From: a virus
Virus record (IMG/VR): IMGVR_UViG_3300008262_000008
Reading direction: 5' to 3' (one strand)
Length of the DNA stretch: 64,000 bases
Position 1 is the first letter of the stretch. Each line of letters opens with the position of its first letter. Below, in pieces: positions 47,601 to 60,100 of the stretch. The translations under genes and the position numbers were made by a program. The notes below the pieces were generated by a model. It was not told the DNA's origin. It saw nothing but the letters and a program-made list of their open reading frames with translations, and ran no database searches.

Positions 47601-48148
47601 ACACCAGAATTTATATTTGTTGGATCTGTATAACCAACAGGACCATATATGGGATACCCATCTAATGCCACACCCAAAATTTTAGAATGTCCATCTTCAT
47701 GATATAAATCATCATTATAGTAATTTCCTCTACTCAGTTCTTTGTCAACTTCACTCCAACCATTCCAACCTTTTCCTGTATTGTAATGGTATACATTATT
47801 TTCATCTGGATATCCATCATATTGATCTTTACCAGTAATAAAAGAACTATGCATTTTATCATAGTTAAATCCAGCTGGAGGTAGAGGAGCTCCTTGTTGA
47901 CCAGCATTAGGTGAATATATTGGCACACCATTCATTGCAAATCCAACAATTTTATAAGATGTTGGAACAGAAATCGAAGAAGGAATATTAACTCCCCCTC
48001 TATAAATTATTGTCTGATCAAAACTTTGTTCCTCAACAGTACTTGTGTTGTTTGCATTAGGAAATGCTCCAATCGAATGTAGTGGTAATCCATTCGATTG
48101 GATTCTCATAAAACTGTTATTATTTTCGAATGTAAAGGTGCCTGCCAT
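44627..48148 (-). CDS. Virion/baseplate-associated protein with N-terminal YHYH domain, inserted PPC-like domain and GxGY repeats
   Basis: GFAMNGVPIY, VYHY, HSKILGVALDGYPIYGP, DYEW...GDLDQHNGRYCVTPDFPNGTYAYF (YHYH family), followed by multiple GSGY/GQGY modules. Confidence 0.8.
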   Translation of the reverse strand: MAGTFTFENNNSFMRIQSNGLPLHSIGAFPNANNTSTVEEQSFDQTIIYRGGVNIPSSISVPTSYKIVGFAMNGVPIYSPNAGQQGAPLPPAGFNYDKMHSSFITGKDQYDGYPDENNVYHYNTGKGWNGWSEVDKELSRGNYYNDDLYHEDGHSKILGVALDGYPIYGPVGYTDPTNINSGVKVLSTSYRLKNPLPIVTPLPYQRIEFQESIISSIDGVEKFYRFIVSSTSVVSITLDLNPGAIDVDLELQTSTGFPIANSVFGGDKDESIVQRLSPGEYIIKVFFKVPPVAPTTSSYNLYYIINPINTTPPNQQILPIIRQAGQYVQDYEWVLGYGDLDQHNGRYCVTPDFPNGTYAYFTTFNNSLTTPTYPYVIGPTYYGSPVELGEDPTVLTPGSGAVLIPSFNTENGIDSVDVVNAGSGYDVSNPPILRIANAGNPSVPAVLEPIIFKDKIVAVKVINSGAGYDPLRVEILSTPVGTGAAATQGYGANAKPILRSDKVISTITITDQGSGYQSEPTVVANGGGGVGAVLSAVVLAGKVVEIQIINRGGGYTSPPTLEISGGNPTTPAVAIANISDGAISYIQLVSQGDEYFGPTTVNISGFGGNGASASVSTNSVTSLSIINPGKNYTEGDVGLIIQGGGGIGAAGKINVDNAGYVSSIQITDPGEYYDIPPYLIFEGGNGVGAKATIDVSNGELTNVNITSGGKGYTTAPKIVLTRKARLKRVNRNRQYLNSGSRFLAGLLKDVGRSDTTIYINPTDPFSGSGKFYIENEIFTYTTKDTYSISGCVRGDNFRYDQRIVLERPEDLIFNIGDRIIRTVNIAGAKQGIVYDWKQSTGELFINFIVDDLAFIDAGRASERSTVVQFDAGKSDFTTSAQKPHILIDTIGSFVTLLTDPISVLSNFAFQDTPVNGFVDGIPDLFNAGTEYDGDTSLDGGKPGTLYGIEETTGGVNLTLLTTQDKIKDGHPNPVIASILEAGGLDEGIEHTAILDIYLKSRENTIDVDFIEGEIITGDQSSITAEVVSWDSTNKILRVKSPQPYDTGDPLVGTLYTFSKNSTIVDIRVMDFGQQYTIAPTLDIETTGLLAASATTSLTLDQLTSTTIVDGGYGYDPENPPEVIVVPDPGDTTGTGAIVQAILGGENITGNLSGASYRIKDIEYQTILIEQPTL

Positions 48149-48165
48149 TACTCTACTCTTTCCTT

Positions 48166-48173
48166 TATTTATT
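48166..48173 (-). promoter_or_regulatory. Probable late promoter
   Basis: Minus strand AATAAATA in the intergenic gap upstream of ATG 48148. Confidence 0.5.
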
Positions 48174-48181
48174 TCTAAAAG

Positions 48182-51100
48182 TTATTCTTCATCTAGACCA
48201 AAATCACCAAATACATTACCAGTGCCTAATAATAAAGTTGAATTTGGTAATTCTACTGTAGCAGCAATTACTTCAGGGTCTCTATAACCATAACCACCAT
48301 CAACAAGATTGACCGATGATACACCTACTAATGCTTTTAATTGTCCATCAAATCCACCAGTTGAAGTTACAACAACTTCTGGTCTAGATGTGTATCCAGA
48401 TCCACCAGCACTAATTTGTGTTTCTGAAATTAGTCCCTTAGAAATTACTGCCGTTAATACTGCAGATTTACCATATACAGGTCCATCATAATTGTATGTC
48501 ACGAGAGAATTTGAAGATTCAATAACAGCAACTGTTCTGTCTTCTGTCTCACCCTCAATTGATAAAATATCATCAGTTTCAACTTCAGGAACTACAACAT
48601 CTTGTACAACGTCAGCATCAGAACCAATATATGCAAATCCAATAAATTGACTTCCAGTTCTAGGAACTTCAGTGAAATTAATTCTAGAACCACTTAAATC
48701 ATAACCTTCTCCAGCTTTTTGGATGACACCATTCATGGAAACAATGATATTATTATCAGGTTTTGTTAATGCAGAAGATCCCTCTGTAACTGTTAATGAG
48801 TAGAAAGAATTATTTCGCTTAAGGTTAAAGCTAGATCTTAATGAATCAAATTCAAACGAGATATCATCTAAAATTCTAAGCTTACCTAAGTAAGTTCCAA
48901 CGAAACTGGAACCGAATTGAGGAGCTTCGTAGAATGTAATTTTATCACTAAATGTAATGTAAGAAATGCCTGGTTGTTGTAAAATTCCATTAACAAATAT
49001 TAATACATAACCTTCAGTATTTGGGAAGTATTGTATTCCATTATTATATGTTAAATCAAATGTTGTTTGAACTCCATCAAAACCACGGAAATACCTATCT
49101 ACTTTACCAAGAACCTGGGTAGTTTTACTGTTATATGAAACATAACCACCACTAGATGTAATCCTACAATAATCATTAAAATTGCCCACTACTGAAGTTA
49201 AGAATAATTGTTTTGTTGAACCAACTAAAACAACCTTATTAATTGTTGCATATGAATATTGATTATTATATACTTCTTCTAGAGATACAATGGTTGCTTT
49301 TCCAATTACATTTTGAGTTGTAGTATTTTTATTTGCAATCAATGCTCCCTTATCAAAAGTTGTATATGTTATAGTTGAAGGAACATTTGCATAATCAGTA
49401 AGAATACTGATGTATAAATCAACTAAAGTATTGATGGTGCTTCTAACAGTAGCACAAGAATTAATATTATATGCTGTTGGATAAGCATCATCATATAACA
49501 CTTCATCATTAAATACTTGATCAACTGCTGCATAATAATTTGCTAACTCATGTCTAGCATTTTGATAGGATGTTGGTACTGGAATATTATTAATTACATA
49601 AGGTAGTAATGTTTTTAGATATGTTAAACCTGCAATACTTTGCGATTCTTCACCAGCAATTCCATTAGTAATGAAAGTGCCAGTCACTGCATCATAATAA
49701 TATAATGCACTATTCACAACTTTACTATTTCCACCGTATCTTACGTTATGAGCGATTGCATCAATCCAGTATTTAATATCTCTTTCACACTTGACTTCAT
49801 TTGTTGACCAAGTACCTACTGTCTCTGTAGGAACACTAGATGTATTTCCTGCATTAAGAGCAGTTGTCATAATCGCGGTAAGAGTAGTAATTGCACTTTG
49901 AACTTGTGTGCATGAAGATGAGTTTTGGTTTGAACCTGTTGTAGGATCTGCAGAAATTGTTAAATCCTGAACAGGAGTTAATCCTGTATATGTTCCAGTT
50001 GGTAAAGTATTAGTAATCGCTGCCTTCATCAAATCTCTTGCATAATTAAATGCTGCAACAGATTGCGTTACTTCTCCCGCTAAACCATTAGTTAGAAGGG
50101 TTGTAGCGTTGCTAAAGTAGTATAAAGTATTAGTTCTAGTATTTTGATTTCCTCCATCATACAGGTCATTAGCAACCCCTTTGATGAAGTATTCTAGATC
50201 TCTCTTACACTTGTTTTCACCTGTTGTCCAAGTTCCAACATTTCTCTTTGGTAGATTAATTAGACTACCATCTGTTAAAATGCCAGTAAGAATTGCAGTT
50301 AATGATGTAATAGCACTTTGGACGTTCGAACATGAATTTGTGTTAGTATTTGAACCTGTTGAAGGATCTGCGGTAATTGTTAAATCTGTAGTTGGTAAGT
50401 TGTTTGTTATAGCAAGTTTGCATAGATCTCTAACTTGATTAAATGCATAAATTGACTGAGTTAGTTCTCCTACTAATCCATTAGATAATAATCCACCCGT
50501 TGCTTGATCAAAGTATGCAATAGTTGCATCATAGATATTTGCATTACCACCATCATAAAGATCATTAGCAATCGCATCAATTACATAACCAAGATCTCTA
50601 CGACACTTAGTTTGATCATTATTGGGGAAAACAAATGTTGGATAGGCAGCAATTAAATTATTGATGGTAGTATCAATAATATACTGTCTATTTTTCTTGA
50701 TTAGAGTTCCAGCATCTTTAAATCTATTTACCGAAGAAGATGGTAACCAATAATCTTGTGATGTTGGTGTACCAGGATACATAAAGTCTGGATACGTTGC
50801 CTTAATATAACCAGTAGTTTCCTCAATGATATAATCACTGTTTGCATAAATTAAATTACTAGCATCCTTAAATCTACTTACAGATGAAGAAGGAGAATAA
50901 TCACTTTGCGATGCTGGGGTTCCTGGGAACTCAAAGTCTGGATATTGACTCTTAATATATCCACTAACTTCTTTTGCAATAAAATCTTTATTTGAGATTA
51001 AAAGATTTGATGCATCAATATGTGTTCCATCAATACCGATTTCAGTATTTGGTGAGTTGATAGGCAATACGGTATTTTGTGTGTCAGTATGATAGAACTC

Positions 51101-54100
51101 AACTCTTCTTGATAGTTTAGTAACAGTTCCATAATTTATTGTAGGACTGTCACCAACTACAATACTTCTAACTGCAAATAGTCTACCAGCAGTAATTTCA
51201 ACTAAATTATCTAGATTTAATACATTAGTAGTTGGATTCCAACTAGTAACATATGCATTTGCAACTTCTTGAGATTGACTATCTAACAATTTGACAAAAT
51301 CATTTTCTGCAAATGTTCCACTAATACCATTTTCAAAATAAGCTTCAGCATATTCAGTTTCATTAATACCAACAATAGTGCTTTCATCTCCAGTCTTAGT
51401 TTCTGAAATTTCATCAATTAGTGAAATACTATCTCCAATATCAAAATCTGCTAATGATTGATCAACATCAACCGTCATTTTATTAATTTTTCCTGAAATA
51501 ACAGTATCACCAGCTGTTAGTGATACTGTTTGACCCTCTTCAACTACTGTAATAATAACTTCATTATCCGAAGAATTAACTGTTTGTGATTCATAAAAAT
51601 AACCTTCGATATTTTCTGTGTCTAAAGTTAATTTTCCACCTGTGTTTGATATAATTGGGGCACTATTATATAATGATTGATCGAGAGTTGCATCTGCACC
51701 AGAAGTTAATCCAGTAAAATATTCACCGTCCTCAATCTGAGAACTAATATCAATTAATTTTAATCTATTAGTAGAACCGACTAATACGGTTGCAATAGAA
51801 CCACTTACATTACCTTCAATGATATCATCAACATCAAATGCACCAGATGTAATTATAACATCCAAGAATAGTGTATTATTTACTACTTCATAACCATAAA
51901 TTTCAGCAGTTCCAGATTGTGTAGTGTTTGTAATTTCTTCATTAGTGAACTCTGCCTCAACAGGACTATTTTCCACATCAAATTCTACAGGTATGCGAGT
52001 ATAAATTTTCTTAACCTTTGCGGTTCTTTCTATTATTGAAGTAACTTCTGCAATACTACCGCTAGATTGACCATATACATAATTTCCAAGAGTTATTCCA
52101 CCAATAACAGGATTTGGTAGTATACGAGTTCCATAATTAGGAGATGGTAGGGAAACACCATAAGTTTTTGTGACATTTAATGCCAAATACTGTGGAGATG
52201 ATAATGTTGAAGTTAATATTAAAGTTTCCGCAGTAACTTTAGTTGTTGGACCAGCACTAACCGAGATATTTGGATCTGTATATGCATAGAATGTTGTCAA
52301 TGGTGAAGGAGATACAAGTGTTTCATTAATTGCTGAAATTGTATAATCTCTAGCTTTGTTGTATGCAGCATTAGTAGCAGTAACATTTTTGTATATGAAT
52401 GATGTTACTGCAGTTCCTGACGAATTTAAATATGCTGATACATAATTCACTATTCCAGAATTTCCGTTAGTTAATAAATCATAAACTAAAGCATCAACAT
52501 AATCATCGAGTGCTGCTTTCGCGTTTGTAATTTCACTTGCAGATAAATTTAAAGTTGTATAAGTATTGGTAATAAATTTATGTGTTTCAGATACTATATA
52601 CTCCTTATTATAAAGAGCAAGTTTAGAAGCATCTTGATAGTTTTGTCCTGCTGGTCTCAAGAAAGCAATCATAATATCGTATAAAGTCGCAATAGCAGAC
52701 TTAACATTCGCACATCCACCAACATCATTTGTAATTGTATAATCTCTTACTGGATAACTTATTGGTGTTACAGTTTGATATTGTGCTGTATAAATTTCAT
52801 TATTAATTACTTTTTGTGCCAACTCTTTAATTTTTTGTAAAGTTACAATCGTAGGTAGTAACTCATTTTTGACTGAAGTAATTGATACTCCATCAGCAAG
52901 ATAGAATTTTAATCCATCAATAGTATAACCTTGTCCTCCAGTCAATAGATCTAAAATTACTGCATCGATTAGCAGTTTCATATCTCTTTCACACTTAGAT
53001 TGACCAGCAGCCCCGCTGGGGAATGTTAATGCATTATATTGAACATTATTTAACGTATATTTAAATTGACTGATTGTATATGCAACTGCTTCTTTAGCAA
53101 TAAAATCTCTATTGAACCAGAGTAAATTGCAAGCATCTCTATATCTTTGTGCTGTAGGAGCAAGAACATCATTAATAACACCCCATAGATAATCAATTCT
53201 TGAAGCAATAGCATCTGCATCAGATTCAATGTTAGTACCTAAGGTACTAATAGGTCTTTCTAAAGTAAATTGAGCATCATAATCAACTAATGTATTCAGT
53301 ACAGCTTTTTTGCAAAGATCTCTAACAAAGAAGTGTGCATGTAAACTTTGTAGAAGTTGACCAACTCCAAATTGCTGTGCTTCTCCTGGTTGATAAAGAT
53401 AACGAATTTGCTCGTTAGATGAAATATATGCTTTTGCAGCAGAAATTGAATAATAATCTCCACCAGAAGATAAATCTTGTGCAACTGCAGTAATTAATAA
53501 TTGCAAATCTCTTCTGCAAGTACTTGTTCCAGATAGGTTATTGCCAACATCTCCTGGTATTTGGAAATCTTCATAATAATATTTTAATTCATTCGATGCT
53601 TCTTCTGAAATAAACAATGAATTTTTCAAGATAACATCTGCAGCTTCTCTGTATGAATTTAAAGAACTATCAAATGCATCAGTGTAAACAATATTCTGAG
53701 CATTGATTACTTGCTTTGCCAGAATTGGAACAGTGATTTTTTCAGATACTTCTGCTGTAGTGTAACTAGTTGGTAAAATGATATTTGAGTTGTTAGTACC
53801 GTTAAAATTAAACAATACTAATGTATACGAGTCTTGAACAAACTCAGAAGAAGGTACTGCAAAATTATTAGTATATCTTGCATTTGTTGAAATGCGAAGA
53901 TCATCAATGTAACCAGTAAATCCTGTAGAAACGTTTTGGTATGAGTTGCCAATAGTCAAAGGTCTATTTGCGTAAGTGCGAGTATCGGAGAATGAAGTCG
54001 CAACACCAACACCGTTTACATAAATTTGAACTTGAGTGTTATTTTTAACAACTGCAACATGTGACCAACTATTGAGTGAAGCTGTAGCGGTGGTGGTCCA

Positions 54101-57100
54101 ATCTGTAGCATTATATCTAACAGTAATTGTGCCAGTAGAATTTCTTAATATAGTTAATGCACCTGCATCAGATCCACTATTTCTAAAGTCAAGGAACGTC
54201 TGAGTTGCCGCTGTAGTTGGATAAATCCAACATTCAGTTGTCCAATTTCCAGATCCAAGATTAAATTTTTCAGTATCATTAATATATACCCAATCACTAG
54301 AACCTAAGGTTCTTAATGATGCACTACCAAATTTAAAGAATGTAGTATTTAAACGAGATGTAGATCCATTGACATTAATTTTCCAGTTAGAAATAGTTTC
54401 CCCAAGTGTAAATGAACCTGTAATTGGTCCTGTATAAATTGTTCTAACTGAAGGATCACTATTTAATAGTGTAGTCTCTGCACCAGAAGTTAATCCATAA
54501 ATTTTGGATGATCCTCCGATTACTGGGAAGTATGTTAATCCGCTAATATTTTTATATGAAAGTTTGCTACTATATAAAGTTTCTCCTTCTGTAAAATTGC
54601 CTGTTTTACCATTTACTGATAGTTTGATAGATGTGATAGTTTCATCCATTTCAAAATTGTTAGCATTTAATGCTGTATATTCAATTACATTATCTTCAAT
54701 TGATTGATATTCAATAAAGTTTGTATTTACAGAAACAGTATCATCATTAATATCTACTAACTTAGCAGAAGATTCGCTAATATCATCAACTACAACGTTT
54801 GGATTTTCTGGATCGACAATTCTATTAAATACTAATCCATTAAATGTTGTTCCAGAATTAATTTGTAATGGTGCGCCATCATTAACTGGAATTCCAGTTA
54901 CAGGATCTCTGTATGCCCCAAGGGCAGTAATTTTTACAATTTGTCCACTGCTCTTTCCATAGATATAATCACCACTAACAAGAGCAAATAATCCATTTGG
55001 ATTTTGAGGTGTTCCTGTAATTTTACTTAATACAAGGCGATCATCAATTTGTCTAAATGATATTGGTAATCCTGTAGTGTTTAAACATGGTTTATTAACA
55101 ACAATTTCAGTGAAGCTAATAACCTCAACTACTTTTGTATCTTCATCAATTCCAGGTCCAGAAACTTCAGCACCGACAACAATTAAAGGTCTTGTAGGTG
55201 GATAAGATACATTAGGTAAAGTTTCTAATCCATTTGCTAATCCATTAGTTAGGATTGCCATAGATGTAGCAATTGCTGATGCTTGTGATGCACATGATGG
55301 ATTTGTATCATCATCTGGTACTCCTAGGTTGGGGAATGGAGCACCTACAGGTTGTGAAATTGGAGCACTATCAGTATAATACTTACCACTCTGCATAACA
55401 AAATCTAAATTGCCAGATCCTGATGGAACGGATGTTGTTAATTGTACTTTTGTGCTATCTATAATTTTAAATACCTTGGTATTATTTGGAATTCCAGTTC
55501 CAGTAACTGTCATTCCTTCAATTACATTAACGGTACTTTGATCAACTAGTGTAATTGTTGAAGTACCATTTCTAATAACATTTAATTTTACTTTCCAACT
55601 ACGCATTGCAGCAATAGCAAGATTTCTTGCATAATTGAATGCATCAATAGTTTCTTCTAATTGATTGTTAATATGAACAAGAGTTGATCCTCTATAATAT
55701 GCCTCAGTAGATTCAATAATTCTATAATTTCCACCATACTCTAAATCGTCAGCAATTGCAGAAATTACATATCCAATATCTCTTGCACAAGTTTGATCAC
55801 TTACAGGAATTACTAAGTCTGGATATTTTGCTTTCACATATCCTAAAGCTTCTTGAGCAATAAAGGTAGAATTTAATCTAAGACCATTAGCAGCATCTGC
55901 ATTAACACCATTTTGTCCAGTTACAATACCTGTAGTGGTTGAAGATGGAAGTTTAATAGTAGTTGAACCAAATCCTTGCTGTGTAGTTCCATTTTGTGCA
56001 ATATAAGTGATTGGTGTTGTACCATTAATTACACAAGGATCTAAAGCAAAAATAGTTACGTTACTGTCTTCAACAAGAGCATCCTTACCATTTAGATTTA
56101 ATACAGTTTCATCCTTGGTGAAAATAGTCGATGGATTTGTAACATCTGACCAATTACCAGGATTTCTTAGTGGAAGAGAACTTAGATTTGCTTGCTGAAT
56201 ACAAGTTGTTAAAATTGTTACTAGAGTAGAAAGTGAATTTCTTACGTCTGTGCAACCAAAAGGATTGGTATTTGAAGAATTTCCTTGTTCTGGTGAAGGA
56301 TCTGCAATAATACTTAGATCTTTAACTGTTAATTGATTATTTGCAGCTTGACCTGCCCAATAAGCAACTTTTTGGAAACCGTAAATACTCTGTACTTCTT
56401 CTCCAACTAATCCATTTGCAAGAGGACTACCATCAGCAGTAAAGTAATACTTAGTATTATCCCAAATATTTGAATTACCGCCACTAGAAATATCTGCTGC
56501 TAAAGCAGTTGTAATATAACCCATGTCTCTCTTGCACTTCAATTCTCCAGGAGAATAAGGAGAATTACTAATAATTGTTCCAGGTAGTCCATTCAAGTTG
56601 CCATTTGTAAGAGCAGTAGTTAGATACAATGACAATGTAGTAATTGTACTTCTAACATTAGCACATGAAGTTGCACTAGTATTTGATCCTGTCGCAGGAT
56701 CAGCAGTGATATTAAGATCCTTAAATCCTAACTGATTAGTAACAGCTTGGATCATTAGATCTCTAGCTTGATTAAATGCATAGACTGATTGAGTTTGCTC
56801 ACCTAATACACCATTAGTAATTAATGCACCCTGAGATGTAAAGTATGCCTTAATAGCAGTGATAGTATTGATATTGTTACCATCGTATAAATCTTGAGAA
56901 ATAGCATCTACAATATAACCAATATCTCTCTTACATTTTGCTTTTGCTGCAAGCACTGATGGACTTTGTAGTTCTGGTAATGCAGTAAGTGTTCCCGCTT
57001 GTAAAGTGCTTGTCAAAATTAATACTAAAGTACTAATTGTTGATTGTACATCAGTACATGCATTTGGATTTCCAGATTGCAAATTAGATTCTAATACGTC

Positions 57101-60100
57101 CCCAACTCCTTCTACAGCTGGACCTGCAGAAATTGAAAGATCTTTATTATACAGTTGATTAGTTGCTGCTTTCTTCATCATGTCACGAGCCATATTGAAG
57201 GCAACTACAGATTGATCAACTTCTCCATTTACACCATTACTAATTAATGTAGTTCCTGCAGTATTAAAGTATGCTTTAGTTGCAGTGATTGTTGAAGCAT
57301 TTCCACCAATTCCAATGTCACTTGCAATAGCATCAACAATATAACCAATGTCTCTACGGCACTTATTTTCACCAGTATTAAATGAACTTGTTCCTTCTGA
57401 TGGCAGTGTAGCAACACTTGAAGTGGAAATTGCAGTTGTGACAATAGCAGTTAGAGTGTCAATTGCTGTTCTAACATTAGCACAAGAATTTGGACTTACA
57501 TTACTTTGAGTTAAAGGATCTTCAGTTAAAGTTAAATCTTTAGTGTATAGTTGATTAGTTACCGCCTTCTTCATCATATCACGAGCCATGTTGAAGGATA
57601 CTACAGATTGTGCAGTTTCTCCGACTAGTCCATTTGAAATAGGAGTTCCTTTGTTGAAATATTGTAAAACAAACTTTCTACTATACTTATTGTTCTCTAA
57701 GAATACATCTAGAGAAATAGCATCAATGAAATACTTAATGTCTCTTAGGCACTTAGATTTGCCAGCTACATATGATCCAGAATTTTCCGTAGGTAAACTT
57801 TCAATTCCTCCAGTTCCAAATACAGTAGTTATGACACCAATTAATGTATCAATCGCACTTTGAACGTTTGCACAAGAATCAATACTTACATTACTGTTTG
57901 TTGCACTATCCGCAGTTAAAGTTAAATCTTTTACATATAATTGATTAGTTACCGCTTTCTTCATCATATTACGAGCCTGGTTAAATGCTGAAATTGATTG
58001 TGCATATTCACCAAGTAGTCCATTTGTTAATGGTTGACCATTAACAAAATATTGCTGTGCAAATTTTCTAGTATACTTGTTTCCAAGCATGAATACATCT
58101 AGAGATACTGCATCTACCAAGTAACCAAGATCTCTACGACACTTCAATTCATTAGTCTGATATGAACCAGCATTTTCGATTGGTAGTAGATTTAAATCTC
58201 TAGCAATTAATGTTGTTGTAATTAGATTGGTTAAATTGTCGATTGATGTTCTAACATTTGCACATGATTGTGGAGATTGATTTGAACCGATTAATGGATC
58301 TGGGGTTAAACTTAAATCTTTCACATATAATTGATTAGTAATAGCTGATTTCATCATATCACGAGCCATATTGAAAGCAACTATTGCTTGATCTTCTTCA
58401 TCTTGAATACCATTTGTTATAGGTGTGGTTGTAGCTGAGAAATACTGCTCTACAAATTTTCTACTATATTTGTTTCCTTCTAAGAAAATATCTAAAGAAA
58501 CAGCATCGATAAAGTGACCAATATCTCTACGGCACTTTAATTCATTAACATTATATTGACCAGCATTTTCAGATGGTAGACTACTAATTGATCCACTACC
58601 CAACGCAGTAGTTGCGATTAAAGATAGGTTATCAATTAGTGTTCTTACATTAGCGCATGAGTTTGTATTTGTATTTGATCCTGTGTCTGGGTCTGGTGTT
58701 ATAGTTAAATCTTTAATAGTTAGTTGATTAGTTAATGCCCTCTTCATCAGAGTTCTAGCCTGATTGAATGCTTCAACAGAAGCTAACTCCTCTCCAACTA
58801 AACCATTAATAATTGGAACACCATTATTAAAGTACTGTAGAACAAATTGTCTTGTATATTTATTTCCTTCTAAGAACACATCTAGAGAAACAGCATCAAC
58901 AAAATAACCAATATCTCTCTTGCACTTCAACTCTGTTGCCGCAGCTGCAGGATATACATTTAACATGTTATTCCATGCAGTCAGTACAATTTCTGTCTTG
59001 TTTAGTTGAATTAAACGATATGCATCATTAAATCTACTATGAGTATCACTTCTGGTATCACCTGGGAAATAGAAATCTTCAAACTGGACTGCAATCTCTG
59101 CCAGAGATCTATCTGCAATTTCGTCTCTATTTTGCTGAATTAGACGATAAGCATCATTAAATCTACTTGAAGAATTAGATTGAGGATCTCCAGGAAATAC
59201 AAAATCTGGGTGCTCAATTGCTACTTGAGCAAGAGATTTATCTAAAATTTCATCTTTATTCTGTTGGATTAGACGATAAGCATCATTAAATCTACTTTGA
59301 GCATCTGTTGTTTGATCACCAGGGAATACAAAATCAGGATATTGAGTAGCAATCTCTGCAATAGATCTATCTGCAATTTCATCTCTATTCTGTTGAATTA
59401 GACGATAGGCATCATTAAATCTACTATGAGTATCTGATTGTACATCTCCTGGATAATAAAAATCTGGATATTGAACAGCAATTTCAGCAAGGGATCTATC
59501 AAGAATTTCTGCTCTATTTGCAAGAATTAAGTTCTTAGCATCTAGATATCTATTTGAAACTAGTGGTTCAATTCCAACAGTTGAACCTGGATCAGCACCA
59601 AAAGTAAATGTTGGGAATTGTGTTTGAATTCTTGCAGATGCAGTATCAATAATTTCTTGGCGATTTGCTTGGATTAAACGATAACCATCTTTAAATCTAT
59701 AAGAATTGGTAGGAGCTCCTGGATATACAAAGTCTGGATAGTTTGCAAAAATATAGGATTGTTGATCAGCAAATGCCTCCTTAACAACCTCATCTTTGTT
59801 TGCAACAATTAGTTCACTTGCATTTCTGTATCTTCCGATTGATGGATGATTAAGATTTTGAATTCTTGAAATAGTTGCGATTAATCCAGTAGATGAAGCT
59901 CTGATTTCTTCTAATTCAATAAATTCATCATAACCTGTTTGAGTGCTTGGAACATAATTACTTACTGTTAGTTTAGTAATACCATTTAAGTTTGTAATTG
60001 TGTGATCGGTTGTCTTTCCAAGTCTATTAGTTCCTAGTGTAGTAATATCAATTCCAACTCCACCTAAAGCATTTGCATAAGTATTTGCTAGTTTAATTCT

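Noticed and set aside
58925-59551. 129-nt tandem repeats as a CRISPR array or DGR template
   Set aside because: They are in-frame coding repeats that diverge at synonymous positions, have no unique spacers, and no cas or reverse-transcriptase gene is present.
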